Origin: an uncultured Pseudomonadota bacterium
GTDB taxonomy: Bacteria; Oederibacteriota; Muellerivitia; Muellerivitales; Muellerivitaceae
Length of the DNA: 64,000 nt
NCBI GenBank assembly: GCA_963843375.1
Contig: CAWJKT010000004.1
Coordinates: 320,001-384,000, forward strand
Direction: 5' to 3'
The translations under genes and the position numbers were made by a program. Positions 38,308 to 48,273 of the stretch are shown here, in pieces. Below the pieces are notes generated by a model that saw only the letters and a program-made list of their open reading frames with translations, ran no database searches and was not told the DNA's origin. Positions within the stretch are counted from its first letter, which is position 1; each line of letters opens with the position of its first letter.

Positions 38308-39399
38308 TTACAAAAGGCGGGCCCCATTACCCATTTTGGGATAATCGGTATAACCCTTTTCACTACCGCCATAATAAGTGGCGGGGTCAGCTTGGTTGAG
38401 AATGGCTTTTTGATCGAAGCGTTCCGGTAAATCCGGGTTGGCGAGAAACAGTGTTCCGTAAGACACCAAATCGGCTCCACCTTTCTCAATGATCTCGTTT
38501 CCTAATTTGACGTCATAGCCTCCGTTGACCATGTAAGCCTGCTGGAAAACCTTTCGCAATATCGGAGTCAGGAGAACCGTTCCTGCTGGAGGTTTCCGAG
38601 GTCCAGCAGCCCCTTCGGCGATGCAAAGATAAGCCAGTTTGAGCAGGTTGAGTTCCTGGGTGAGGCGGGTGAAAGTCTCAACGGGATCGGTGTCGGACAT
38701 GGAATAATGGTCGAAATAAGGGGCGATCTTGTATCCCACCCTTTCCGGGCCCCAAACGTCGATGACGGCTTTGGTTACCTCCAATGGGAAACGCAGGCGA
38801 TTCTCCAGACTTCCGCCGTAAGCGTCAGTACGGTGATTGGAACCGGTCTTGGTGAATTGGTCCAACAGATAACCGTTGGCGCCGTGAATCTCGACACCGT
38901 CAAAACCCGCCGCCATGGCATTTTCAGCGCCTTTCTTGAATTGTTCAACCACTTGGGGAATTTCGGAAAGTTCCAAGGCCCGGGGAGTCTCGATTTTCTT
39001 TTTTCCAAGAGGGGTGAAAAGCTCCCCCGCCACTGGAAGGGCCGAGGGTGCGACCGGAAGCTTGCCGCTATGGAAATCCGGGTGGGAAACCCGGCCCACG
39101 TGCCAAAGCTGGAGGAACATCCTTCCGCCGGCTTGGTGGACCGCGTCAGTGACCTTGATCCAGCCCTTGACCTGTTCGTCGGAGTGGATGCCCGGGGTAT
39201 TGGGATAGCCTTGGCCCATGGGGGTCACCTGGGTGGCTTCGGAAACAATGAGCCCCGCTGAGGCCCTTTGGGAATAGTAAGTCACCGCTAGGGGATTGGG
39301 AACATTTCCTTCGACCGCCCTGCAACGGGTAAGAGCCGACATGGTCATCCGGTTGGGAAGCTCAAGTGGGCCCAGCCTGAAAGAAGATAAAAGTTTCAC
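38308..39399 (-). CDS. Alkene reductase, old yellow enzyme family (NemA-like)
   Basis: LQLWHVGRVSH, GFDGVEIHGANGYLLDQF, RTDAYGGSLENR, ANPDLP and KGYTDYP. Confidence 0.94.
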   Translation of the reverse strand: MKLLSSFRLGPLELPNRMTMSALTRCRAVEGNVPNPLAVTYYSQRASAGLIVSEATQVTPMGQGYPNTPGIHSDEQVKGWIKVTDAVHQAGGRMFLQLWHVGRVSHPDFHSGKLPVAPSALPVAGELFTPLGKKKIETPRALELSEIPQVVEQFKKGAENAMAAGFDGVEIHGANGYLLDQFTKTGSNHRTDAYGGSLENRLRFPLEVTKAVIDVWGPERVGYKIAPYFDHYSMSDTDPVETFTRLTQELNLLKLAYLCIAEGAAGPRKPPAGTVLLTPILRKVFQQAYMVNGGYDVKLGNEIIEKGGADLVSYGTLFLANPDLPERFDQKAILNQADPATYYGGSEKGYTDYPKMGNGARLL

Positions 39400-39561
39400 G
39401 ACGGCTCCTTTAATTGGGAAAATGGAAAGTAGTCTTTTATACCCGCCTCTTGTTTAGATAGATAGCCAGGCTGCGAGGTTTATGCGCAAAAGGAGTAACG
39501 GAAAAGTAACTAGCCTTTTTTGGATACCCCTGGGGGAAGCCCTGACAAAGTTTCAAGAGTT

Positions 39562-40092
39562 TTAATGGGGTGTGGCTAAAGTGGAGGGGTAAAGGGAAGT
39601 AGTTTGGTGGCAATAGGTGCAAGCCATCAGGGTTTGGTCGTAACTTTTTTCGAAAGAAAGTGAATCGTGGTTTTGGATAGCTTTCCCCAAGGGTTCGATT
39701 TCGGACCGGACCGAGGAATCCAGGAGACTTGAAATATCCACTTTTTTCTTGATGGCATGCAGACTCTCGGCGGCTTCAATGGCATCCTTGAGCTTGATGA
39801 GTTCCCGGTCCGCCGAGACCCAGTCGAGGGCTTTGACGTCTAGTCGGAGCCTGGTCATGCAGACCTGCATGGCCATCATGTTCATTTGCAAGGCGGGGAC
39901 CGGTTTTTGAAATGAATTTATTTTTTGTGAGACCAAGAGAGCCTTTTGAAGTTTTTGATAGTCGCTCCATTCCTTGAAAAGCAACATCACCGTGAAAATC
40001 GATGCGGCCATAGCGATAATCTGGTATTTCTTTTTCTTGTTTCTTCTTGAAGCGACCATTTTTTCCTCCGGCCGGGCTAGACGAGCTTTCAC
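39562..40092 (-). CDS. Membrane-anchored putative monoheme c-type cytochrome (cytochrome c'-like helical layout)
   Basis: One N-terminal TM, helical body and a C-terminal CTYCH heme motif; true start could be the ATG at 40059. Confidence 0.6.
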   Translation of the reverse strand: MKARLARPEEKMVASRRNKKKKYQIIAMAASIFTVMLLFKEWSDYQKLQKALLVSQKINSFQKPVPALQMNMMAMQVCMTRLRLDVKALDWVSADRELIKLKDAIEAAESLHAIKKKVDISSLLDSSVRSEIEPLGKAIQNHDSLSFEKSYDQTLMACTYCHQTTSLYPSTLATPH

Positions 40093-40110
40093 GCTAGAAA
40101 CGAAAAAATT

Positions 40111-41394
40111 TTATTCGATTCCAAAGCGAAAGTTAAACTCGGATTTCCGCCCCCAAAAATATACCGCCAAAGCCCCCAAAGAACAGAAAAGGCCGCCCGC
40201 CTGGAGGGCGTGACCCGATCCCACTCTTTGGGCGATGACGCCCATCCAAAAACTGCCAATGGGCATGCCTCCGCCGAAGACCAAGGCCCAAATACCCATC
40301 AAGCGGCCTCGAAGCTCATTGGGTGACTCGGTCTGGATCAAGCTGTTGCCGACGGAAAAAAACAATACCAGTCCGAACCCTGCGAAAAAAAGGAAGAAGG
40401 AAGCGCTCACGGGAGCGTGTTGGAAGCCGAATAGAATAATCGAAAAACTGAAGATAAAGGCCCCAACATAGAGGCTGCGCTGCCTGACCAGGACCACTCC
40501 CATCGTCGCCACCGTGAGGGCGGCCACGCAGGCACCCAGGCCGGTCATGGCTAAAAGCCAGCCATAGGTCGAGGAGTCCATGTTCAGTTGAACCCGCACG
40601 AAGGCGGAAACCTGCGAAATATAAGCCCACCCACCCACGCTCAAGACAAAAAGAAGCGACACGGCCCTTCCCACTTTCGGATTCTTTTTGAGGTAATGGA
40701 ATCCTTCGAACAAATGTCGCAGGCCTTTGACTGAAGGCCTAGGGTTGAAAGGCGGCAGTTGGATGCGGTAAATGGCGTAAAGCACCGCGACATAACTGAA
40801 AGCGTCCAGGAAAAAACACCAGGAAGCCCCTAAGGAAGTCAGAATACCGCCAAGGGCATAGCCGATGACCCGGGTGGAATTGACCATGGCGCTATTAAGG
40901 GCGATGGCGTTCACTAGGTCCCTTTTTCCCACCAATTCGATAATCAACGACTGTCGGGCGGGCATCTCGAAGGCTGTGGACAGGCCCCAGAAGAAGGAGA
41001 AAAGAAAAAGGAGAACAATACTCACGGTTCCTTTCAGAAAAAGCAAAGCAATCAGCAGAGACGAAAGGAGGGAAAACCAACTGGTAAAGGTGAAAATCCT
41101 GATTTTGGGCAGTCGGTCCGCTAAGAAGCCCCCGTAAGTGGAGAAAAGGAGGATTGGAAGGGAGTTCAAAGTAAAGGTCATTCCCAGCATGAATTCGGAG
41201 TGGGTCACCTGGAAGGCCAGCCATCCCAGGGCGGTTGTGCGGGCCCAGGTGCCGATGAGGGAAAGGGCCTGGCCCGCGTAAAAGTAACGGTAATTGATGT
41301 TTCGAAATGCCACGAAAGTCCTACGCCAGCCTTCTACCGGGGGAAGACCCTCTTCCAGGGAGTCGGGAAAATTTATCTTTTTAGAATCTTCCAT
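40111..41394 (-). CDS. MFS transporter (MFS_3/H+ antiporter-like)
   Basis: YRYFYAGQALSLIGTW, GGFLADRLPK, FEMPARQS, NAIALNS and ELRGRLMG. Confidence 0.92.
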   Translation of the reverse strand: MEDSKKINFPDSLEEGLPPVEGWRRTFVAFRNINYRYFYAGQALSLIGTWARTTALGWLAFQVTHSEFMLGMTFTLNSLPILLFSTYGGFLADRLPKIRIFTFTSWFSLLSSLLIALLFLKGTVSIVLLFLFSFFWGLSTAFEMPARQSLIIELVGKRDLVNAIALNSAMVNSTRVIGYALGGILTSLGASWCFFLDAFSYVAVLYAIYRIQLPPFNPRPSVKGLRHLFEGFHYLKKNPKVGRAVSLLFVLSVGGWAYISQVSAFVRVQLNMDSSTYGWLLAMTGLGACVAALTVATMGVVLVRQRSLYVGAFIFSFSIILFGFQHAPVSASFFLFFAGFGLVLFFSVGNSLIQTESPNELRGRLMGIWALVFGGGMPIGSFWMGVIAQRVGSGHALQAGGLFCSLGALAVYFWGRKSEFNFRFGIE

Positions 41395-41412
41395 AACTAT
41401 TTGATTACTCTT

Positions 41413-42639
41413 TCAATGGGGTTCGGTAAAGTTCAAGTCGGTGCCGTAAGTTTCACGGATATTCCTTAAAGCCAGGAAAGCCATCACCAGGACTCCTAAG
41501 CCTATCCAGGCGGTCGCCCCCAAAGTTCCCCAACCAGGCGTCAGTCTTTTAAAGGCAAGAGTCAAAAGGATGGCGGATCCCCGCACGAAATTGGGCGCGG
41601 TGGTGGTGACCGTGGCGCGGATATTGGTGCCGAATTGTTCGGTGAGCGAGACGATGGCCACCGCCCAGTACCCTGCGGAAAAGCCGAGACCTAAGCAGAA
41701 CCCGTAAAAAATCCCCAGGGAAATTCCCGCCCAGAGATGAAAAGCGAGGATGAATAAAGAATTGAGGACTAAAAAGGAATAGATCACTTTTTTACGGTTT
41801 TTAAAAATTTGGCTTAAAGAACCGCTCACGAAATCCCCGGCGGTCAGGCCCAGATAAGCGAAAAAAATGGATTTTCCCGCGACCGGAGGTGGTGCCAACC
41901 GAAAAGCCTGGCCGATTTCCGGGGAAAAGGTCATCAAGACTCCCGCTACATACCATACCGGCAGGGCCGCCAGCACGAAACTGAAGTAGATCACGCTTTT
42001 TCTGGGGGAAGTGAAAAGGCCGAAAAAATTTCCCCGCTCCACCGGTTTGTCCAGAAGTTGGCGAAACATTCCCGACTCGTAGACCCCCAGGCGAAGGATC
42101 AATAGTACCAGGCCCATGCCCCCGCCCACGAAAAAGGCAGCGCGCCAATCAAAGGTTTGGCCCACCAGGCAAGCCACCGCGACTCCCGTCACGCCGGTCG
42201 TGGCGATGATAGTCGTGCCCCATCCACGGGATTCATTTGACATAATCTCGGATACCAGCGTGATCCCCGCACCCAATTCGCCCGCCAAGCCCACGCCGGC
42301 CAAGAACCGGAGCCAACGGTAGGTTTCCAAGGAGTCCACGAAACCGTTGGCAATGTTGGCGATGGAATACAGGAGGATGGAACCGAATAATACCGAAAGT
42401 CGGCCCCTTTTGTCCCCCAGGATACCCCAAAAAATTCCACCCAGGAGAAGCCCGGTCAATTGCCAATTCAACAGTTCCACGCCAAGGCCGAAGACATCTG
42501 AAGCCGCCACGCCGATTCCCAACAGGCTTTTCGTGCGGATGATGGAAAAAAGCATGATGTCGTAGGCGTCAACGAAATAGCCGAGGGCGGCCACGAAAAC
42601 GGCAAGAGCGATTTTGGAAGGCCTGAGGGAAAAGGACAT
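41413..42639 (-). CDS. MFS transporter
   Basis: ALGYFVDAYD, GILGDKRGR, RFLAGVGLAGELG and EQFGTNIRAT. Confidence 0.92.
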   Translation of the reverse strand: MSFSLRPSKIALAVFVAALGYFVDAYDIMLFSIIRTKSLLGIGVAASDVFGLGVELLNWQLTGLLLGGIFWGILGDKRGRLSVLFGSILLYSIANIANGFVDSLETYRWLRFLAGVGLAGELGAGITLVSEIMSNESRGWGTTIIATTGVTGVAVACLVGQTFDWRAAFFVGGGMGLVLLILRLGVYESGMFRQLLDKPVERGNFFGLFTSPRKSVIYFSFVLAALPVWYVAGVLMTFSPEIGQAFRLAPPPVAGKSIFFAYLGLTAGDFVSGSLSQIFKNRKKVIYSFLVLNSLFILAFHLWAGISLGIFYGFCLGLGFSAGYWAVAIVSLTEQFGTNIRATVTTTAPNFVRGSAILLTLAFKRLTPGWGTLGATAWIGLGVLVMAFLALRNIRETYGTDLNFTEPH

Positions 42640-42735
42640 GGATTCCTAAAGGGTTATTTGATTTATAACGGAATTGCCCTCATTTAAACTGGTGAGGAAG
42701 GGGATTGCAAATCAAAAAGCCCGAAGGAGCCAATT

Positions 42736-44814
42736 TTGGGGAATAAAAAAGAGGTCCTGCCGGGACTGGGTGTTTCCCCCGGCTTTCCGTGGGTGATCCT
42801 CGGTGTTTTAACCACGACCAACTTTTTATTGTCCTATGCCCCTCTTCCGCCAGGATTCAAATTTTGGCTGTTCCTTTTGGGGGCAGTGGCGCCTCTTGGT
42901 TTTTGGGCCGCGAAGAAAAGGGAGGCTTCCTCCCAGGGAACTTTTGATCAGCGGGAATTCTTGTCGCCCCTTCCGCTTTGGATATGGATTTTCTTGTTTG
43001 GTGCTGCCTTTTTCGCCCGATTTTGGAGGATTGAAAGCCTTTTCCGGTGGCCCTTCGGAGACGAGGGCTTATGCGGATTGGCGGGCATCGAGTTAAGCCA
43101 AAAATGGGATTGGCGGTATTTTTATACCGCGGGCCAGGATCCCCCGACCCTTTTTTGGATTTGCGGGTTGTTTTTTAAATTCTCCAATTCCGTTTTTTTC
43201 AATCTTTGGGTTCCGGCGGCTTTGATCTCTTGCCTTTCGGTGGTTGTGGGCTTCTTGGCGGCCCGGCAATTTTTTTCCCGTTCTTTTTCTTTCGTTTGCA
43301 CAGGCCTATTGGCTTTTTCCTATTGGCCCCTTTACCTGGGTCGGGTAGCCTTCCCAGGGGCCTTCGTGCTTTTATGGTGGCCTTTGACGCTCCTTGTACT
43401 GGGTCAATATTTGAAAGCATCCTCCACTCGAAAGACTGTCTTGGCCCCGGTTTTAGGAGTCGTTACCGGATTAAACACCTTTACTTTCACCTCCTGGCCT
43501 TTTTTCGCTTTCTCCATTTGGATCGCTGTTTTATTTGAAATGACGCGCCAAAGGGAAAAATCCTGGCGGAGACTCCTCCTGTTTGCGGGTGGTTTTGGAA
43601 TCGGACTTCTTCCATTTCTTTGGGCTTCCTTTCAATTGGGCTTTGGCCAGCATATCTCGGATGTTGCGCTGTGGAGCAGGCCCGTGAACTGGAAAAAGCA
43701 GGCGCAAGTGGTTTTGAATTATTTGAGCGTTTTGGGTTGGGGGCCTCTTCACGAGGACAATTACAATACTCCGTTCCAGGGGGGCTATTTAAACCCGGTT
43801 TGGGCCACTTTTTTTCTGCTGGGGTTGGTCGGATTTTTCCAACGCCTATCCTCGGGGCTCGCTCGCTGGATCATCGGTTGCGGGTTGCTCTTTTTGATTC
43901 CCGGGTTCCTGACGATTAATATGGACGGTTTTCGCATCATCCAAATCTTGCCGCTTTTACTGGTCGTGACGGCCTATGGCTGCCGGGTTTTGTTGGACCC
44001 CGTCTCCCGGAACTGGCGGGTCCCCCTGCTTTCGCTTCTTTTTCTCTTCTCATTGCTTTTCGACATGGGCCGTTTGGCCCAGCCTTACCGCCAGGTCGAC
44101 CTCCATCCTGAAAAATTCCAAGCCACGGGGAAATCCCTGGCCAGGTACCGGGCTTACCAAGCCCTGCAGACTTGGGTGGATCTCCTGGGGCCGGGAATCA
44201 TCCTGGGTGAGTGGGATATTCCCGCCGATAGGACGCTTGAGGCCGTCACTTATTTCAATAATTCGAATTTGAACCCCCGGCTGGACCCCGCACGGTCCAA
44301 GTGGTTAGCCCTCTTGACCGACCGGCATTACTGGCCTTTCCTGGAGAAAAGGTTTCCCCGGGCTTCCTTTACGGATTTGGACGCGGATTTTTCCAAGGGT
44401 GGTAACCGGATGCTCTTGGTTATCCGGGATTCCTCCAAAAACCGGGAATCGCTGCAACGATGGGCCTGCGCCGACCGGGCTTTCCGAAACCTGAATTGGG
44501 CCATTGACCATATTCATGACCGGGATTGTCTGACCCGGGTCGACCAGGATATTCACACGGATTACCCCTTGGTCCGGGGGGACCCTTTCCTGGAATCGGT
44601 TTATTGGGAAAAGGCGGCTTATTTTTATTATTACTATGGCGGCCATTATCCGGAGCACTTAAGGGCGCTTCAATTGGCCGTTACGAGGGGTTATCCGGCG
44701 GCCCATTTGTACACGGAATTGGCGGAGCTTTATACCCTCGGGGGCCACAACGCTTTGGCCCAAGAGGCTACCCAAAAGGCACAGCAGTCGGAAACCGAAT
44801 ATCCCTGGCGTTAA
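42736..44814 (+). CDS. GT-C fold glycosyltransferase (PMT/ArnT, GT39/GT83-like) with a C-terminal TPR-like helix
   Basis: More than 10 TM helices; RFWRI...WPFGDEG acidic loop, ARQFFSRS and SYWPLYLGR; C-terminus GDPFLESVYWEK...GYPAAHLY. Confidence 0.72.
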   Translation: MGNKKEVLPGLGVSPGFPWVILGVLTTTNFLLSYAPLPPGFKFWLFLLGAVAPLGFWAAKKREASSQGTFDQREFLSPLPLWIWIFLFGAAFFARFWRIESLFRWPFGDEGLCGLAGIELSQKWDWRYFYTAGQDPPTLFWICGLFFKFSNSVFFNLWVPAALISCLSVVVGFLAARQFFSRSFSFVCTGLLAFSYWPLYLGRVAFPGAFVLLWWPLTLLVLGQYLKASSTRKTVLAPVLGVVTGLNTFTFTSWPFFAFSIWIAVLFEMTRQREKSWRRLLLFAGGFGIGLLPFLWASFQLGFGQHISDVALWSRPVNWKKQAQVVLNYLSVLGWGPLHEDNYNTPFQGGYLNPVWATFFLLGLVGFFQRLSSGLARWIIGCGLLFLIPGFLTINMDGFRIIQILPLLLVVTAYGCRVLLDPVSRNWRVPLLSLLFLFSLLFDMGRLAQPYRQVDLHPEKFQATGKSLARYRAYQALQTWVDLLGPGIILGEWDIPADRTLEAVTYFNNSNLNPRLDPARSKWLALLTDRHYWPFLEKRFPRASFTDLDADFSKGGNRMLLVIRDSSKNRESLQRWACADRAFRNLNWAIDHIHDRDCLTRVDQDIHTDYPLVRGDPFLESVYWEKAAYFYYYYGGHYPEHLRALQLAVTRGYPAAHLYTELAELYTLGGHNALAQEATQKAQQSETEYPWR

Positions 44815-44821
44815 AATGGAA

Positions 44822-46894
44822 TTATTGGACCGGCAGGTTTTCTGGTTTTGGAAAGGCTTTCTGGAAATTTCCATTTGAGTTTTCAGGTTCGTTCGTCATG
44901 TCCCGGGCTTTTGAGAGGTTGTAATAGAGATGGGCGGTCGGATAGCCTAGATGGATGGCCTTTTCTAAATCCTGAACGCAATCCGGATAATGGGAAAGAA
45001 TAGCGTCGAACATTCCCATTTTTTCCCAAAAGATGGAACGAAGGAAAGGGTCGCCCTCAAAAAAGGCATAGGCCAGCTGGAGTTTCGATCGAAAATTTTC
45101 CCAACTCACGGGCGGATTATTTTTTTTGATTTCTAAATCCAAGTCACTGCAAATCCGGTCGGCTTTTTTCCAATCTTCCAATGTTTCCGCGTCCATGGAA
45201 CTGACCGGTATCAACCCCAAAGCCAAGTTTAAGTTGTTGGGAAGGGTATCCTTCTTTAAAAGTACCCACCGGCTCTGGGGAAACCTTTTTTGAAGAAAAG
45301 GAACGTAATATTTGTTGACCAAAAGCGCGGCCCACCGGGGATGGAGGCCGGAGAGCTTGGGGTTTTGAATGGCGTCAAAAGGAAAACAAAAAAGGTTCAA
45401 AGTCTTGTTGAAAAAATCCAGGTTGAATTCATTAAAAATATAAAGGGGACCCTCTTGCCGGCTTGTATCCTTCAAAAGGCTGTAGGCCGAGGCATATTCC
45501 CCGGATATCCAATCACTCTTGCCGGGAGGAAGAGATTTCCAATCCTGATAGGGAACCCACCATTGGAAGGCATTTAAGGCCGAAGAGGCCAGAAGGATTA
45601 ATCCCACCGCTACCCATCGGCGTGCCGCTGGAAGAGGAAGCAGAAGTTCGCCTAATCCGGCCAAAAGAGGAAATAAGAGAAGAGGCAGAACCTGAATGAT
45701 GTGGCACATACTAACGGTATTACTAAGGATTCCCGGAAGAAGAAACAATCCGAAACTCAGGAAGAACCATCTGGAAAAGATTGATTTCCATCTTGAAGCG
45801 AATCGCACCAGACCCACCCCGATCAAAGCGGATTCCAGGGGATTAAAAATCCCGCCCCATGCCGGACCATCGGGTTGATTCCCCGCACCGTCCCCGAAAA
45901 GGAGGTTCCAGTAGCCGGGCAGAGATTGGGAGAGGGGAAGCTGTAAAAATTCTTCCTGGAGGTGATGGAGTCCGTCTTGCCCCAGCCGCGACCAAAGGAT
46001 TGGAAAAGCGGTTCCCAAGGCCGATAAAAGAAAAACGATGGCCAAGCGGGGATAGGGTTTGAGGGTTTGAATCAGGACCACCAGCAAGACCGAAAGGAAA
46101 ACCATTGGCCATACGGTGTATGAGTAAAAGCCGAGGCCGGTGGCAACTCCCAGCGCACCAAAGGCCCAGGGTTGGAGTCCAGGGGGGTGGGAGAGGGTTT
46201 TTAAGGCCCAGCCACAGCAACCCAGGGCCAGACACTCCATGGGAAGAACCGTCAGGGGGCCGATGCCGGTGCGGCTAAAAACCCAGCTCCAAAAACTCAA
46301 CATCCAAAAGCAAGCCGCCAGGAAGGAAAGGCTTTTGGAAAAAAACTGTCGAGCCGATCCATAGGCCAGCCCAACCGTGACGACGGAAACCAGGGCGGGA
46401 AAAATACGGATGGTAAGATTCGAAGGCTCAAAGACTTTCAGAAAAAGCCCCAGTCCCCAAAGGTAAAGCGGTTCGGACTGGCATTCCCCCCATAAAAGCA
46501 GCCCGTCCCATTTTTGGGAAAGCGACCATCCTAAGATTCCGAAGTGGCCCACATCCTTGATGGGCCAGAGGGGGTTGGAATCGATCCTGTAAAAGCGGGT
46601 GAAAAGAACAAGCGTCCCGAAAATGCACCAAAGGAGGGGACCGGGGGGGGATAAAAGCCTGGTTTCGGTTGATGAAAAATCAGGGCCGGAAATTTTTTGA
46701 CCGGTGCGGTTCATCCGTCCCAGGGAGAATAGGGCTGCGGGAATAATCAACCCATAAAAAGCCACCAGGAGTTTAGATGTCAAGGACAAGGAGGCATAAG
46801 ATAAAAGCGTGTTGGAAATCGAAAAAAATAAAAAGCAAACCCAGGGCCTATCCAGTTTCTTGAAGTTAAGTCCGGGATTTTTTCTCAGAACCAT
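44822..46894 (-). CDS. GT-C fold glycosyltransferase, paralog of the convergent gene
   Basis: RFYRI...WPIKDVG, ARQFFSKS and SFWSWVFSR; PFLQKRFP and GDPFLRSIFWEK...GYPTAHLY are shared with the neighbour. Confidence 0.72.
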   Translation of the reverse strand: MVLRKNPGLNFKKLDRPWVCFLFFSISNTLLSYASLSLTSKLLVAFYGLIIPAALFSLGRMNRTGQKISGPDFSSTETRLLSPPGPLLWCIFGTLVLFTRFYRIDSNPLWPIKDVGHFGILGWSLSQKWDGLLLWGECQSEPLYLWGLGLFLKVFEPSNLTIRIFPALVSVVTVGLAYGSARQFFSKSLSFLAACFWMLSFWSWVFSRTGIGPLTVLPMECLALGCCGWALKTLSHPPGLQPWAFGALGVATGLGFYSYTVWPMVFLSVLLVVLIQTLKPYPRLAIVFLLSALGTAFPILWSRLGQDGLHHLQEEFLQLPLSQSLPGYWNLLFGDGAGNQPDGPAWGGIFNPLESALIGVGLVRFASRWKSIFSRWFFLSFGLFLLPGILSNTVSMCHIIQVLPLLLFPLLAGLGELLLPLPAARRWVAVGLILLASSALNAFQWWVPYQDWKSLPPGKSDWISGEYASAYSLLKDTSRQEGPLYIFNEFNLDFFNKTLNLFCFPFDAIQNPKLSGLHPRWAALLVNKYYVPFLQKRFPQSRWVLLKKDTLPNNLNLALGLIPVSSMDAETLEDWKKADRICSDLDLEIKKNNPPVSWENFRSKLQLAYAFFEGDPFLRSIFWEKMGMFDAILSHYPDCVQDLEKAIHLGYPTAHLYYNLSKARDMTNEPENSNGNFQKAFPKPENLPVQ

Positions 46895-47014
46895 GACCGC
46901 ATTTTATCAGGTTCCGTTCCCCGAAAATAAAAAAGGCCTACCAAGGTGTTTTTCTCCTTTTGTCCGGCAGGATAAAGCAGGGTGATCACGGTTCCTTTGG
47001 AATAATTCATGACT

Positions 47015-48154
47015 TTATTTGGCTTGGTATCGACCCCCCCATTTTTTTCGGATCCATGAATTAGAGGGGATTTCAAAATAGTGGTAAGACAGCCAAGCCA
47101 TCCCAATGGTGATGCCGGCCAAAAGGAGAAAGGCCACCCATTCATTTTTACCCAGAAGGTAAGGCCACAAGAAATAAAGGACCGTGGAATGTAAGAGGTA
47201 CATTCCATAGCTTAGTTTTCCGGGAACAACAAGGAAGGACCAGAATCTCTTTTCAAAGAAACTCAAATGCAGCCCCCCCAATAAAAAGAAGAAGGCCCCG
47301 ACGCCAATAAAGGTATTGCCCCAAAGCGACCAATCATCATCCCCGCGGACGTAAACATGTAAATATAAGATTAAAAAAACAAACAGTCCCGAAAGACAAA
47401 AGAGGAGGGAATTTTTTGGCCGCGTCAAAAGAGAGTTCTTGTAACGTTCCGAAACAAGGTAAAGAAGACACCCCATGGCAATTAAGTTAAAGGCGGCGAA
47501 GGAATTATAGATCATGATGTTGTTGTGGGGGCAAAAGCGCCACCCGATGAGGATGGAGATGGGCCCCAAAATGACCAGGAAAACCAGTAAGAGAACCAAG
47601 TTTCGCTCATTGCCAAGCCGTTTTAAAATGAGTGGATAAAATAAATAAAATTGCTCCTCAATGGACAAGGACCACAACAAGTCCCAATGACTTCCCAATG
47701 ACAGATGATGGTTGGCATGGAAGACCTTGTACCAATTCATCGAGAAGGTTGAGAGGATGATCAATAAAGGAAAAGAAATCGTAACCTTTGGATTACCAAA
47801 ACAATATTTGAACTGGGGAGTATTGGGATTGGCGATTAAGCTGAAGACGACCCCCGCAATACAAGTCCAAATCAAAAGAGGAAGAAGCCGGCCAATGCGC
47901 CTGAAATAAAAACTACGCAAATCGGGATTGAAAAGTCCGGGCTTATCCAGGGCGATCAACCGGGTAATCAGAAATCCAGAAACGACAAAAAAAATCGAAA
48001 CGCCGTAACCGTGATTCAGCCAGAACTTATACCAAAGATATTCCAGGGCGTAATATTTCGAGCCATGATTGACGAATAAAGCCTGTAGATGGCCGGCTAA
48101 AACCACCAATATGGCCACGGACCTCACCAAATCCACTACTTGTATTTTTTTCAT
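47015..48154 (-). CDS. Acyltransferase family 3 (OafA-like)
   Basis: DLVRSVAILVV..H, GVSIFFVVSGFLI, FYFRRIGRLLP, LWSLSIEEQFY, GKLSYGMYLLH and SYHYFEIP. Confidence 0.93.
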   Translation of the reverse strand: MKKIQVVDLVRSVAILVVLAGHLQALFVNHGSKYYALEYLWYKFWLNHGYGVSIFFVVSGFLITRLIALDKPGLFNPDLRSFYFRRIGRLLPLLIWTCIAGVVFSLIANPNTPQFKYCFGNPKVTISFPLLIILSTFSMNWYKVFHANHHLSLGSHWDLLWSLSIEEQFYLFYPLILKRLGNERNLVLLLVFLVILGPISILIGWRFCPHNNIMIYNSFAAFNLIAMGCLLYLVSERYKNSLLTRPKNSLLFCLSGLFVFLILYLHVYVRGDDDWSLWGNTFIGVGAFFFLLGGLHLSFFEKRFWSFLVVPGKLSYGMYLLHSTVLYFLWPYLLGKNEWVAFLLLAGITIGMAWLSYHYFEIPSNSWIRKKWGGRYQAK

Positions 48155-48273
48155 TACGTCGGGAGATCCTTGGCTTGAGCGCGTATCAATATTTTAAAAT
48201 TTAACCATGGTGGCCGGCAACCCCTGGGGCGGGGAAAGAGGGCGTTCTTTTTCTATGGACCATTCAGAGGAAA

